Shown piece by piece: positions 1 to 15,360 of a stretch of 64,000 nt of DNA. Position numbers and translations under genes: made by a program. Origin of the DNA: the human T2T-CHM13v2.0 reference genome, Homo sapiens; NCBI RefSeq assembly GCF_009914755.1, contig NC_060944.1; one strand, written 5' to 3'. Every line of letters starts with the position of its first letter. Position 1 is the first letter of the stretch. The notes under the pieces were generated by a model, which saw only the letters and a program-made list of their open reading frames with translations, was not told the origin of the DNA and made no database searches.

Positions 1-1237
1 GACTGTGTTCTCCAATCTGGTAGAATACAGCTGGAGAAAGGCAGCTGGCTGGGTGCCCAAGAGAAGGGAATTTCTTCCTAGCACTGTGACGGAGTGGAGC
101 ATCGGAAGGCTGAACTAGAAAAGGGCGCATAAGTAGGAAATAGAAACTGAAAAGCCATCCCAGGATATTTGAGTTGTTCAAAAGCAGGCTGGTAGTTTGG
201 GCATGTCTCAGGCACAAAGTGACTCGTGAACATTTGATAGATGAGCTGTACCTGTGTGTGTGCTTGAGAAGAGACTTCGAGCTGCTTTTATCTGCATGCT
301 GGGTTTGGTTCCATTATACTCACTGGACCCTCTGTGCTCTCTTGGGTTCCTCTTGTCATCTGCCTTTGTGAACAGGCAACACAAGTGATGGCCACAGGCC
401 CTGCCTGTCTCTACTGCCTCATCACTTGCCCTTCTCACCATGGTCTACCGCATCATGGCCCCCAAGGTCTGCCTGCCTTCCTTTCCAGTCCTCATTTGTG
501 TGTGGCGTGATCTTGGTGTGGAGCTCTGCACCCAGATCTGTGTGGCTGTCCTCGTAATCAGGTCCCACCCAGCTCAAATGCCAACTCCTCAGAAGCAGCT
601 TTCTATGATCACCCCAGCTGGTCTGTTTGCCATATTTCCTTCATATTTTTAATCACTATCTGAAATTAACATTTGTGTTTCCCTTCACTCTAGAATGTAA
701 GCATCATGAGAACAGGGCTTTGTCAAGTTTCCATTGCCCTCAGTGGTGAATGAATAGACTCCCTCACCTTCTCTGTACCTGGTCTGGAATTTTGCCTAAC
801 AGCATTAACATCTAACTTAATGACAAGGAGGAAGGAGATTCTTAGAGGCAGTAGAAAATGGTCAAGTGTTCAGAAGATGGCCTTTCATTATATATCTTTA
901 GTTCTTTCTGGCAGATTTGGTTATACTGTCTTAATCTATCAGGTTGGGTAAGTAGCCCAGGGTGTCTTCTCCATTCTTTCTGTATGCCTTATCTCAGCAT
1001 TACCATCTTCCTAGGCTTCAGGATAGGAACTCGGTCATCTTTGACTTCTTTTCTTCAAAGTCAGTAAGTTATCAAGTCCTCCTGATTCTACCTTTCTGTG
1101 AATGGTTTCCTGAATTCATCCCCTGCTGCTTCAGTCAGACCCTCACAATCCTCTGCCTTTAGCCATCTGTTTGGTTTCTACTTTGTCTCTTCTCACCTTC
1201 TCACCTAAAAAAAAAAAAAACTATAGGGCTGGGCTCA

Positions 1238-1599
<362 letters not shown>

Positions 1600-3015
1600 T
1601 TAATACCTTCCTTTTAAACTCCTGGCTCCCTACTGTTTATGAGGAAAAGTCTGTTAGATTTTTATTTCCTCAGATACATATCAATTTTAAGCCTAAATTA
1701 GGCCTAGAATAGTCTTCCCTTCCTCTGCTAGCTGACCTCTTTTTTTAAAATGCCAGAGGGGTAATGGGCCAACATCTGTAACAAGGTTCGAGGGTGGCAC
1801 ATCTCACACATGCACATGAACACCCAGTCCTCAGGTTCATGAACTACAAAAGGATCCATCTGAACCCTTTTTTTTTTTTTTTTGAGACGGAGTCTCGCTC
1901 TGTCTCCCAGGCTGGATGGAGTGCAGTGGCGCGATCTTGGCTCACTGCAAGCTCTGCGTCCTGGGTTCATGCCATTCTCCTGCCTAAGCCTCCCGAGTAG
2001 CTGGGACTACAGGCACCCGCCACCACTCCCAGCTAATTTTTGTATTTTTAGTAGAGACGGGGTTTCACTGTGTTAGCCAGGATGGTCTCGATCTCCTGAC
2101 CTTGTGATCTGCCCGCCTCGGCCTCCCAAAGTGCTGGGATTACAGGCATGAGCCACCGCGCCTGGCTGAGCTGAACCCTTTTAAGGCTGATCAGAGATGC
2201 CGTCTCTGCAGTCTTCCCCTCCACCCCCCCCTTGAGACAGAGTCGCACTCTGTTGCCCAGGCTGGAGTGTGCAGCCACCTCTGCCTCCCAGGTTCAAGCA
2301 ATTCTCCTGCCTCAGCCTCCCGAGTAGCTGGGATTACAGGCATCTGCCACCATGCCTGGCTAATTTTGGTATTTTTAGTAGAGACGGGTTTCACCATGTT
2401 GGTAAGGCTGGTCTCAAACTCCTGACCTCGTGATCTGCCTGCCTTGGCCTCCCAAAGTGCTGGGATTACGGGCGTGAGCCACCGCTCCCAGCCTTCACTG
2501 CAGTCTTACCAGCCCTTTCCTTCTCAGGTCACTAGTTGATTTTCCCTTTATGTTCCTGTAGCGCTTTGCCTTCACCTGTAATGATAGCAGCTCCCGTTTG
2601 TGGTGCGTTTTGTAAGGGCTGGACACTCTGCCAGGGGTCTGCTATACAAACTGTATCCTCCCAGCAGTCCTAGAGGTAGGTACTACTCTCTCCATTTCAC
2701 AAAGGAAAAAATGGAGATTCAAGAAACCCCACTGAGATCCTTCAGTGGCAGGGCCTAAGGCTTGAAGCCTCAACCTTAACACCTTCACTGTGTCTATCAC
2801 AGGAGTTTGCATTTGTTTCTGTAGTTGTGTGTTCTTTGTAGTCCACTCCTATCCCTCATTTTTTCTGGCTTGGAAGGACTTAGTATTTGAACTGGGAGGA
2901 GAGAGCAAGTTGTTTTTTACTCCATTATCCATTGATGTCTTTTTAAAAGTTGATCCATATTTGTCGTCTTGTCTCCATGATGCGTGACAGAGGTTCTCTG
3001 TATGTCTTGTTCTAG

Positions 3016-3166
3016 CTTTTGCTCTGCATGCCTGCAGGAATGTCTGAAGCCGAAGAAGCCTGTCTGTGGGGTGTGTCGCAGCGCTCTGGCACCTGGCGTC
3101 CGAGCCGTGGAGCTCGAGCGGCAGATCGAGAGCACAGAGACTTCTTGCCATGGCTGCCGTAAGAAT
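3016..3166 (+). CDS. RNF114: RNF114 coding exon 2 (RING C-terminal half and start of C2HC finger)
   Basis: tctAG acceptor; translates [50 protein letters not shown]; GTATGT donor at 3167; 151 nt. Confidence 0.97.
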
Positions 3167-3994
3167 GTATGTGGAAGTGATGTGGAAGAGTCCATGTCTT
3201 TCCATGATAAGTTGGGGTAAAACGTACAGCTGCCATGTTGTTGCTGAAGTTAGAGCATGACTAGGTCACTAACAGCACGCGTGCATGCCAATTACCTGTG
3301 GTGATGGCTGGGCTGGTTTGTTTTCATAACCTTACTGGTTTTTGTTTCTTTTTTTAAGAGTTGGTTAAGTATATATTTTAGGTTTGAAAGCCATAGAAAT
3401 CAGTTATCCCAGTTTTTTCCTATAAAAGATCAATTATGGCCAGGCGCGGTGGCTCATTCCTGTAACCCCAGCTCTTTGGGAGTCCGAGGCAAGAGCTTGA
3501 GGCTAGGAGTTAAGAGACCAGCCTGGACAACATAGTGAGACCTCATCTTTACAAAAAAATAAAATTAGCCGGGTGTGGTGGTATGTACCTGTAGGCCCAG
3601 CTACTCAGGAGGCAGAGGCCAGAGGATCACTTGAGCCCAGGAGTTTGGGATTACAGTGATCTATGATCATGCCACTGCACTCCAGCCTGGCTGACAGCAA
3701 GACCCTGTCTCTTAAAAAAAAGTCAATATGAAATCATTGGATTGTAATAACAATAGCTAACATTTGAAATGCATCCATGCTCTTGTATAATCAGAGTCAA
3801 GTATATTTATTTTCATACCTGTTATAACTGCTACTGGAAAGGAGAAATACTGTTGTCTTATTTTCCAAGAGATATACACAGCCTTGTTGATTTTAGAATC
3901 ATTAAAATTTTTAAAATTGCAGACCATACAAAAGTACACAATAATGTAGGCTTGTTCCTCATTCCAGAGATTACTTCAAAATTCGTTCAACTTA

Positions 3995-4129
<135 letters not shown>

Positions 4130-4164
4130 CTAGCAGGGCATGGTGGTGTGTGCCCGTAGTCTCA

Positions 4165-4296
<132 letters not shown>

Positions 4297-5053
4297 TTAA
4301 TTTCGAAAGCTGCATAACATTTTCTGCCCTTTGACAAACACTGTAGAATTTTTACCAACCAAGTTGTAGGATTTTTGCAAAATGAGATTATACTATAATA
4401 TATATATTTCTTCAACTTTTTTCACTTTTTTAAATGTACACTCATTCCCAACTTTTTTTTTCCACTTTCAGGTTTTTTTCTCTTACATATTGGACAGCCT
4501 TGCATGTCAGTTTCATTATTTTTAACACTTCGGTATGGATGCCCATAGTAAGAATATACCTTACCATCTCCTTTTCAGCGTGATTTAGTATTAGGGATGC
4601 ATAGTAGGGCCATTTCAATGCTGAATAGGGCTATTTTCTGTGTCTTAATTGGGGGCTTCACTCTTGAGGCTGGGCATGGTGGCTCATGCCTATATCCTAT
4701 CATTTGGAGAGGCCAAGGCAAGAGGATCACTGACCCCAGGAGTTCGAAATCAGCCTGGGCAACATAGTGGGACTCTGTATATACCAAAACAAACCAACAA
4801 ACAAAACCAGCTGTGTGTAGTGGTGTATGCATGTAGTCCCAGCTCCTTGGGAGGCTGAGGTGGGAAGATTGCTTGAGCCCAGAAGTTTGAGAGCAGCCTG
4901 GGGAATATAGTGGACCCAGTTTCTACAAAAAAAGGAAAAAAAAATTGAGGATTCCTCAGTTTGTAGCTTAAAGTCAAGTTCTTGAGCTGGAGGTGAGACA
5001 ATCATCATGGTAAGCTGGAGCTCAAATATTGGAGCATTTTTTTCCCCCTTTGA

Positions 5054-5374
<321 letters not shown>

Positions 5375-6240
5375 TAGTAGAGACAGGGTTTCACTGTGTT
5401 AGCCAGGATGGTCTCGATCTCCTGACCTCGTGACCCGCCCGCCTCAGCCTCCCAAAATGCTGGGATTATAGGCATGAGCCATTGCACCCGGTCTCTTCAT
5501 CTTTATTTATGCATGCATAATGTGGTTTTTGGTTTTGTTTTGTTTTTTTTCTGAGACAGGGTCTGGCTTTGTTGCCCGGGCTGGAGTGCAATTGCGTGGT
5601 CTCAGCTCACTGAAACCTCTGCCTCCCAGGCTCAAACCATCCTCCCACCTCAGCCTCTCAAGTAGCTGGGACTACAGGCATGTGTCACCACGCCTGCCTA
5701 ATTTTTTTGTATTTTCAGTAGAGACGAGTTTTGCATGTTGCCCATGCTGATCTCGAACTCGGGAGCGTGAAGTGATGGCCCACCTCAGCCTCCCTCAGGA
5801 TTACAGGTGTGAGCCACCGTACTCCGCCCATGATGGGCTTTTTGTTTGTTTTACTGTATGCTTTTGCTTTTCTCCATTTTCAAGATTAGTGATTGTACTG
5901 TTGGCATGCCTCAGAAAATGTTTTTCTTTCCTTTATCTTCCCTCTTTTCTTCAATTCTTAAAACTTTCTTTCTTTTTAGAAAACCTGTAATGAAGCACTA
6001 TTCTCTGGGTTTTCTTCTCTTTCTGTTTTACTGTTGCACAGCCTAGATTTTATATGAAAGGCTGGGCCGGGCGTGGTAGCTCACGCCTGTAAACCCAGCA
6101 CTTTGGCAGGCTGAGGCAGGCAGATCACTTGAGGTCAGGAGTTCGAGACCAGCCTGGCTAACGTGGTGAAACTCCATCTCTACTAAAAATATGAAAATTA
6201 GCTGGGCCTGATGGCACACACCTGTAATCCCAGCTACTCA

Positions 6241-6348
<108 letters not shown>

Positions 6349-6847
6349 TCAAAAAAAAAAAAAAAGAGAATTTAGATTTTAAAGATTATTTCTCAGAGGC
6401 TGGTGATAGATACTTTAACCAGGGTTAGTGGCTTTTATATGTTTTACCTAAAGGATCACTTTTCTCTGCTGCACATAACAGAATGTGGTTTTTGGCTTGC
6501 TGTAAGGAGACTAGTTTAAATGCTAGTATAGAAAACTTTTAAAAACATCCTAGATTTGGAGCTTGTCTGTGAGCAGACAGCCTATCATGAATAGGAGCAA
6601 ACCTCTAGGAGAGTTATTTTAGAGTGGAAGTGGATATCCTGATTTAGTCGAATAAAATAGCAGCCTTGGTATTAATGGGAAATCTGCAATAATCAGGGTT
6701 TCAGCCCCATCAGCGTAGTCAGGAGTTTGGTGAGATTATTTGCCAGGGTGGTGTAGGTCTAGTTTTCTTTGTGCCCTTGTTTGGGACTATATTTTGCCTG
6801 TTGCAAGGTCCTCACTAACTTGTGGGCTCTGATTCTTCCTATTTGAG

Positions 6848-6954
6848 TTCTTCCTGTCCAAGATCCGGTCCCACGTGGCTACTTGTTCCAAATACCAGAA
6901 TTACATCATGGAAGGTGTGAAGGCCACCATTAAGGATGCATCTCTTCAGCCAAG
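6848..6954 (+). CDS. RNF114: RNF114 coding exon 3
   Basis: [35 protein letters not shown](R); acceptor tttGAG, donor GTAAAT; 107 nt, phases fit exons 2 and 4. Confidence 0.95.
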
Positions 6955-7131
6955 GTAAATGACTCAGTCTCCCCTTAGGTGGAGGTCATCTCTTGCTATT
7001 AATACAAAGAGGTTGGACACCTTGCATGCCCAGGGGTTTAGTTGTATGAATTGTTATGCTGGCTAAAGCTGATACAAGTATTTTGGGAGGAGTATGCAAG
7101 GGAGGACTCTGGTGTTCACTTCAGATGTTAG

Positions 7132-7471
<340 letters not shown>

Positions 7472-7610
7472 TGAGTCTGAAGTGATCATCAGCATCCTTA
7501 TCATTACACATTTGGTGAGCTTTGCTCCTTTTTGGAGTGTACTGTGGTTGAAGTTTAATGGAAAGGTACTCACAGAAAAGTTTTCTTTTTTCCTGTGTTT
7601 CACCTTCCAG

Positions 7611-7725
7611 GAATGTTCCAAACCGTTACACCTTTCCTTGTCCTTACTGTCCTGAGAAGAACTTTGATCAGGAAGGACTTGTGGAACACTGCAAATTATT
7701 CCATAGCACGGATACCAAATCTGTG
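7611..7725 (+). CDS. RNF114: RNF114 coding exon 4 (first C2H2 of the Di19-type zinc-finger domain)
   Basis: polypyrimidine tract plus cCAG; [38 protein letters not shown]; GTGAGT donor; 115 nt. Confidence 0.97.
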
Positions 7726-8370
7726 GTGAGTAACCTTTTTTTTTTTTTTTAAACTTCATTAAGGGAAAGGATCAAGCTTGGAGAAAAATGACGGGATTAG
7801 TAGAATGAACTCCTGTGTGCCCTTCACCTAGATTGACAGATTGTTAACATTTTACCATATTTGCTTAACCATGCTCTATAGTACACATTTTTTGCTGACC
7901 ACTTGGGAATAAGCTACAGATACCATGACCATTTTTGCACCCTGAATACTTCGCACCCTGATACAGGAGTGTGTATGTCTTAAGAACAAGAATGTTTTCT
8001 TGGAAAATTATATTTTTGTGTGTATAATTAATCATATTCAAGAAATTTAACATTGATTCAATCTAATGTCTAATGTGAAATTCATGTTTTAATTTTAACA
8101 ATTGTAATGTCTTTCATAGCAATTTCCCCCTCCCCCCAAGGCAGAGGCAGGGATGGTACACGAGTTCTCTGTCCTCTGGGTGCTACATTAAGTCATGTGA
8201 TGTCTGTTGTTGGTAACATTAACTTGGTTCCCTTGGTGTCCACCAAATTTCTCCATGAAGCTGCCATTTTATTTTTGGAAGTAGCTTCTTCATAGTTGTG
8301 GGGAAAGAGGATTTAGGTGAAATTATTAGGAAAAGGCTTATCAATCCTTGGACATTTTACTCAGATATTA

Positions 8371-8799
<429 letters not shown>

Positions 8800-9154
8800 C
8801 TATAGTTTTAATTTTTCCATTTATCTCATACTGCTTCTCTTGAACTACATACTCTGTTGTATGGGCAGCCTTCAGCTCCATTGCTGTAAACAGTGGTGCA
8901 GAAATTTTAGAATTTTAATGAGCTTTTGTGAGAGTACTAGGGCAGCTATCAATGCTCATCTTAAGATGGAACTGGCCATTTTGAGAAACATATCTTTGCC
9001 TGTATCTATGTATGTTTATAAGCTAAAGTCTTAGATACAGATTGACTTGGTTAAATGTTACTTGCACTCATAATTTTGTTGGATACTGTTATTGCTGAAC
9101 TTTTCTGGTATGGCAGCCTAATTTTCTGTCTTTTTCCCCTCCTTTGGCTTCTGA

Positions 9155-9559
<405 letters not shown>

Positions 9560-9638
9560 CTCTGCAAGTTCTTAACTCTGCGTTTCTCCCTTCCCTTTAG
9601 AAGCCATCTCCTTTTCAGTCTCTAGTCCCACCCTATGT

Positions 9639-9733
9639 TCTAGCTCCCCAGCTACAGCTGCCTGCCCACCTTTTCCACTCAGTCTTCTACCATTCCAGAT
9701 TTCTCTCTTGTCAATCCCCTTTATCACTGTATC
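9639..9733 (+). repeat. Left arm (donor) of a unique-sequence inverted repeat flanking RNF114 exon 5
   Basis: Reverse complement of 10962-11045 with 2 substitutions and 11 extra nt (accattccaga). Confidence 0.95.
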
Positions 9734-9779
9734 TTCCTTGCTGTGGGGTAGGGTTCCACCTTTAAGTGGGGGCACTTAG

Positions 9780-10188
<409 letters not shown>

Positions 10189-10718
10189 TGAGCCACTGTG
10201 CCCGGCCTGGAGCACTCTTTCATGTCCTCTTTGCCTTTCCAAATACTTCCCAATCTTCAAAAACCAAATCAACCTTTTGTGTGAGGGCTTTTCAGCCTGA
10301 TCCCCCTCTTCTGAGCATTTCCTTTGTTAAGATGCATGTAAGGCTGTGTTTTACTTCCCTGGGACATTGCTCATCGGCTTATTTTCTTAGTTTTCCTCAT
10401 GCTTTTGGATTGTCTTGTGTGCTGGATTGGAAGGCCAGTCTAGGCCCCCCACCAGGCTGACTCACTTCTCTGCTTACAGTAGGGAATGAGAAAGGGTGGT
10501 ATCATGATTTGAACTTTACCCAGTCCCACGTGTCATTTGACTTGAGCTGGAAATTTGCAGTGTTTTTTTGGGCTGCTGATGTGCACAGGAAGGAGTTACT
10601 GGCCCTGGACAGTATGTCAGGAAAGCTGTCCTGGAAGAAAGGAGGCCAGACACAGGCCACAGAGGGCTGGTGCAAGCTTGGAAATTGGGTGCCTAAGACC
10701 TTGCTTTTGTGTTGAAAG

Positions 10719-10826
10719 GTTTGTCCGATATGTGCCTCGATGCCCTGGGGAGACCCCAACTACCGCAGCGCCAACTTCAGAGAGCACATCCAGCGCCGGC
10801 ACCGGTTTTCTTATGACACTTTTGTG
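10719..10826 (+). CDS. RNF114: RNF114 coding exon 5 (second C2H2 of the Di19 domain), symmetric phase-0 exon
   Basis: gttgaAAG acceptor; [36 protein letters not shown]; GTAAGT donor; 108 nt. Confidence 0.97.
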
Positions 10827-10937
10827 GTAAGTCTGGAGCCTGGGCTCTGATCCCTCCCCTGGGGGAGTGGCACGGCTACTTCACTCTTCTCAAAAGGGGA
10901 AATGGGGATCCCCAGTGTTGAACTTTGTCGCTGTTGT

Positions 10938-11067
10938 GATGGGCTTCCAGTCTGTATACTGGATACAGTGATAAAGGGGATTGACAAGAGAGAAAAGAAG
11001 ACTGAGTGGAAGAGGCGGGCAGGCAGCTGTAGCTGGGGAGCTAGATGGGCTTCCAGTCTGTATACTG
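10938..11067 (-). repeat. 84-bp inverted templated insertion flanked by identical 24-bp direct repeats
   Basis: gatgggcttccagtctgtatactg at 10938-10961 and 11044-11067; insert 10962-11045 is the reverse complement of 9639-9733. Confidence 0.95.
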
Positions 11068-11116
11068 TAGCTACTATACAGTTTCTATTCATGGGCCAGG
11101 CAGGTGGCCAGAGTGA

Positions 11117-11239
<123 letters not shown>

Positions 11240-12731
11240 TGAGTAGCTGGGACTACAGGCGCATGCCACCATGCCCCATTACTTTTTGTACTTTCAGTAG
11301 AGACAGGCTTTCACTATGTTGGCCAGGCTGGTCTCGAACTCCTGACCTCGTGATCTGCCCACCTTGGCCTCCCAAAGTGTTGGGATTACAGGCGTGAGCC
11401 ACCACGCCCGGCCCAGAGTGACATTTAAGAAGATGATCTGGGCTGGGCGCAGTGGCTCACACCTGTAATCCCAGCACTTTGGGAGGCCGAGGTGGGCGGA
11501 TCCTGAGGTCGGGGGTTCGAGACCAGCCTAGCCAACATAGTGAAATCCCGTCTTTACTAAAAATACAAAAAAATTAGCCAGGTGTGGTGGTGGGCACCTG
11601 TAATCCTAGCTACTTGGGAGGCTGAGGCAGGAGAATCGCTTGAACCTGGGAGGCAAGGTTGCAGTGAGCCAATATCGTGCCACTGCACTCCAGCCTGGGC
11701 AACAGAGCAAGACTGTCTCAAAACAAACAAGAAGATGATCTGGTCAGTCTTTGAGACAGAGACAGTGATACTTGCTCTTTCCATCTCCTAGCCCTGCCAC
11801 CAAATTTTTGTCTACTTTTCTTGTGGTTTATATAATTTCTGCCTGTTATAGAACTTGGTTTGGGGACAGGTGCGGTGCAGTGGTTCATACCTACAATCCT
11901 AGCATTTTTGGGAGGCTGAGGCAGGTGGATCGCTTGAGCTCAGGAGTTCGAGACCAGCCTGGGCAACATGGGAAAACCTTGTCTCTGCAAAAAATACAAA
12001 AAGTAACCAGGTGTGGTGGCTCCTACCTGTAGTCCTAGCTACTTTGAGGGAGCTGGGACAGGAGGATCTCTTGAGCCCAAGAGACGGAGGTTGCAGCAAG
12101 CTGAGATCATGCCACTGCACTCCAGCCTGGGCAACAGAATGAGACCCTGTCTCAAAAAAAAAAAAAAAAAAACAAAACACACACACACAACAACAATTTG
12201 GACTTGGGAGGCTCAATCTCGCATGTCCATGGGGACCATAATTGAAATGATCCTCCTGAGGATTTCCAAGCCAGGTGGTGCCTGACTCGTTATGCTGCCA
12301 TCACCTTGTTTTCCTATGGAAATGCAGGCGCAGCATTGCCTAGCTTCTCCACCCCCCATGCCCAAGCAGGACAGGAAAATTTCACAGGAGGTTTCACAGG
12401 TTTTAATTATCTTCAAAAATACTTCAGGTCAAATAGCATATATCCACTAGCCAAATACGGCTGTCAGGTTTATATTCTTTCCCTAGAGCTGGATGGTTTC
12501 AAAGGGGCACACTGTTGTCTTGCCATTATAGTAGTAGGTAACTTTGGCCAACTATATCAAGTAAACCTCTTACTTACATATATAGATGTCAAGTTAGGAT
12601 TTTAGAGTGGTATTCGGTCTTGATGGCTGAATTTCAGTATCTAAGAAAGAAAGCTCTCTGCTAAATTGTCATAAAGAATATTTTTTCTCAGTCTGACAGT
12701 GTCTGAAACTCAGACTTCAGAATAACTGCCC

Positions 12732-12786
12732 TTTTTGTTAATGTGACACAGATGAATTACATTCATCTGTGTCACATTAACAAAAA
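12732..12786. repeat. Perfect palindrome, 26-bp arms, 3-nt spacer
   Basis: tttttgttaatgtgacacagatgaat-tac-attcatctgtgtcacattaacaaaaa. Confidence 0.97.
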
Positions 12787-13088
12787 TGACTCATTAAAAA
12801 TGAGTCCTAAAAATGACTCATTAAAGAGGGCTAGTTGCGCTATAGTTTCTGCTGTATTGTATGGCTCTAAAAATCTGATTCTGTACTGTGCACTGATTCC
12901 ACCTCTCAGAAACAACTCTTCAGCTCAGTGCATCTGCGTGCTCTGTTCCGACAGACTTACAAATGTTCTGAGCACTTGGTCTGTGCCAGCCTCCATTCGT
13001 GTGCTGTCTGGGTTTCTCAATCTCCATTTAAGGGAGGCATCCTTAACTTCATTTAAGAATCAGGCAGCAGACTGGGTGCAGTGGCTCA

Positions 13089-13403
<315 letters not shown>

Positions 13404-13547
13404 CTAGCATCACAAACAGTTGCACTGGGGATCCGGTCCCTGGCAACCTGCTCCGGATCCAGTTGCTAGGCTGTCCTGCTTCTACTGAAAGCCAGTCTTT
13501 GCATCTAGAAACAGTTGCTGAGGCTGCATGTCTCTTTTTGCCCTTAG

Positions 13548-13613
13548 GATTATGATGTTGATGAAGAGGACATGATGAATCAGGTGTTGCAGCGCTCCAT
13601 CATCGACCAGTGA
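13548..13613 (+). CDS. RNF114: RNF114 last coding exon (UIM) with stop codon
   Basis: cccTTAG acceptor; DYDVDEEDMMNQVLQRSIIDQ followed by TGA at 13611-13613. Confidence 0.97.
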   Translation, partial: DYDVDEEDMMNQVLQRSIIDQ

Positions 13614-15360
13614 GCAGAGTCCGTGCTTGCTATCTGTCTCATGTTACAGAGCTTCCATTACATATTAAACGTGAAATCTATGACTCCTGTACCTTACCTG
13701 TTCAACAGACCTGAAAATGAGCCATGGCATTGGGACAGGGTCACTTCTGACAGGGGAAGTGGGTCCCCAGGTCAGCCCTTCTCTTCCCTTTGGGCTCTTG
13801 CCAAAGCTGTCTTCCCCTACTGTTAACCTTGTTTGTCACACGGTCGAGTTCGTATTGGTTCTCGGCTACTTCCTGGAGCTTCTGCCGCCTCCTGTGGAAG
13901 ATAATCTAGCTTCTCCACCTCTTGTTTCACACTCATTCCTCCCATCCAGTGTTTGTCTCTCGGGTCCTTCAAGCCAGCCAGGACCTTTTCTGGGTCATGA
14001 ATAGCACAATGAAGCAAGTGTCTCCTTTCCTTGTCCCCAAGGTGTGCAGACTTTGGCAGCCGTGCACCTGACCAGAGCTGAAGCTCCCGCTGGGCTGTGG
14101 GGTTGCCAGAAGCTGGGGTTGCCATCCCGGGGTACATGTCACCAGTCCTCTTGGGGTTTTGTACCATCTGATGCTGGAAGTTTTGATTAGTGATATTTTC
14201 TACTACTACATATTTAGAGTTCACTGGTTCAGTCTTAAATGCCTGCATGGTGCCTTTTTAGGATAAGGTATAACCATACATTTTTGGTGGAAGTGTTTCT
14301 GGGTTAGGGAAGTTAAAGTCTGTTTATCCGTAAGTGGGGAGGAGGGTCAGCTAAGAGAAGTGGGAGGGCCAGAGCTTTTTGGTTCTGATTTACAAATTAA
14401 TGAAGTAGTTTCAAACAACGCGGTCATGTTTACCTCTCCATTTGGGAGCCTGCCTACATTCTTGTTCTAGAAGCACAAAAAATCCTCAGATGAATTAGAA
14501 GAAAGAGGTTTGGGGACTCAGCGGATACTAGTTCTTTTACCTTCTGCTTGGTAACTTAGATTAAACTGAGCATTGTTTTTCTGTCACAAATGTTTTCCTT
14601 ATGACACTGGTTTCGACATGTAAAATGTGTTTGAAAACCTGCTTTGTAGATGCAGAGAGAAGCTATAGGAAACCCAGTACCACCCCTGGTCTGTTCTGAC
14701 GAGACATCGTTCATAAGGCACAGCACATCGCAAGATGAACAGTTGTTAATAAAAGCTGTTGCTGGAAACTTGCTTTAGGAACAGCTCAAGAACCTTGGAG
14801 TTCATATTTCACAAATATTAATAAATATAAGTCCAAGAGCTGTCAGCCTAATCTGTAGGAGCAGAACCTCTGATTGACCAAAAGGCATATGGGTTTAGGT
14901 TGGTTTTTTGATGTCATATGTCTCTGATGGGGCTGCAAGTGCTACCTCGCGCTTGTACACTGCTGCTGTGGGGCTCCGCGCCTGCCGGTGAAGAGCTGCA
15001 GATGCCGAGAAGCCAGCAAACACAGGGCCCACTGGAAAAAAATAGTTTTTTCATTAGTATTTCTCGGGAGGACCCAAAAGTTAAGGTCAGCTTGTTCACT
15101 GTAATTTCTGGAAGAAGTTCACTCAGACCTTCCTGAATTCAGATCATCTCAGAAGTCTGGAGGGAAATCTGGCGAAACCTTCGTTTGAGGGACTGATGTG
15201 AGTGTATGTCCACCTCACTGGTGGCACCGAGAAACTTACTTCCTTGTATTAAGTGCACTTCTTGTATTTCTAATAAGATGACTTTCCAGAAAGTGAGATT
15301 TGTTATGTTCTGGCTTTTAAAAGGTAAAATATAAATAAATTTCATAACTTAATCTAAGTG
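13614..15360 (+). terminator. RNF114: RNF114 3'UTR with tandem polyadenylation signals
   Basis: Alu-free stretch after the stop; AATAAA at 14748, 14820 and 15334; U-rich downstream element after the distal signal; end approximate. Confidence 0.8.

Noticed and set aside
1910-1925. Same tgga 4-bp duplication in two Alus (here and near 36101)
   Set aside because: The host Alus are different subfamilies; independent slippage is more likely than duplication or conversion.
6634-6641. ATATCCTG resembling a U12 5' splice site in RNF114 intron 2
   Set aside because: Imperfect match and no exon boundary at this position; the intron has a normal U2 donor.
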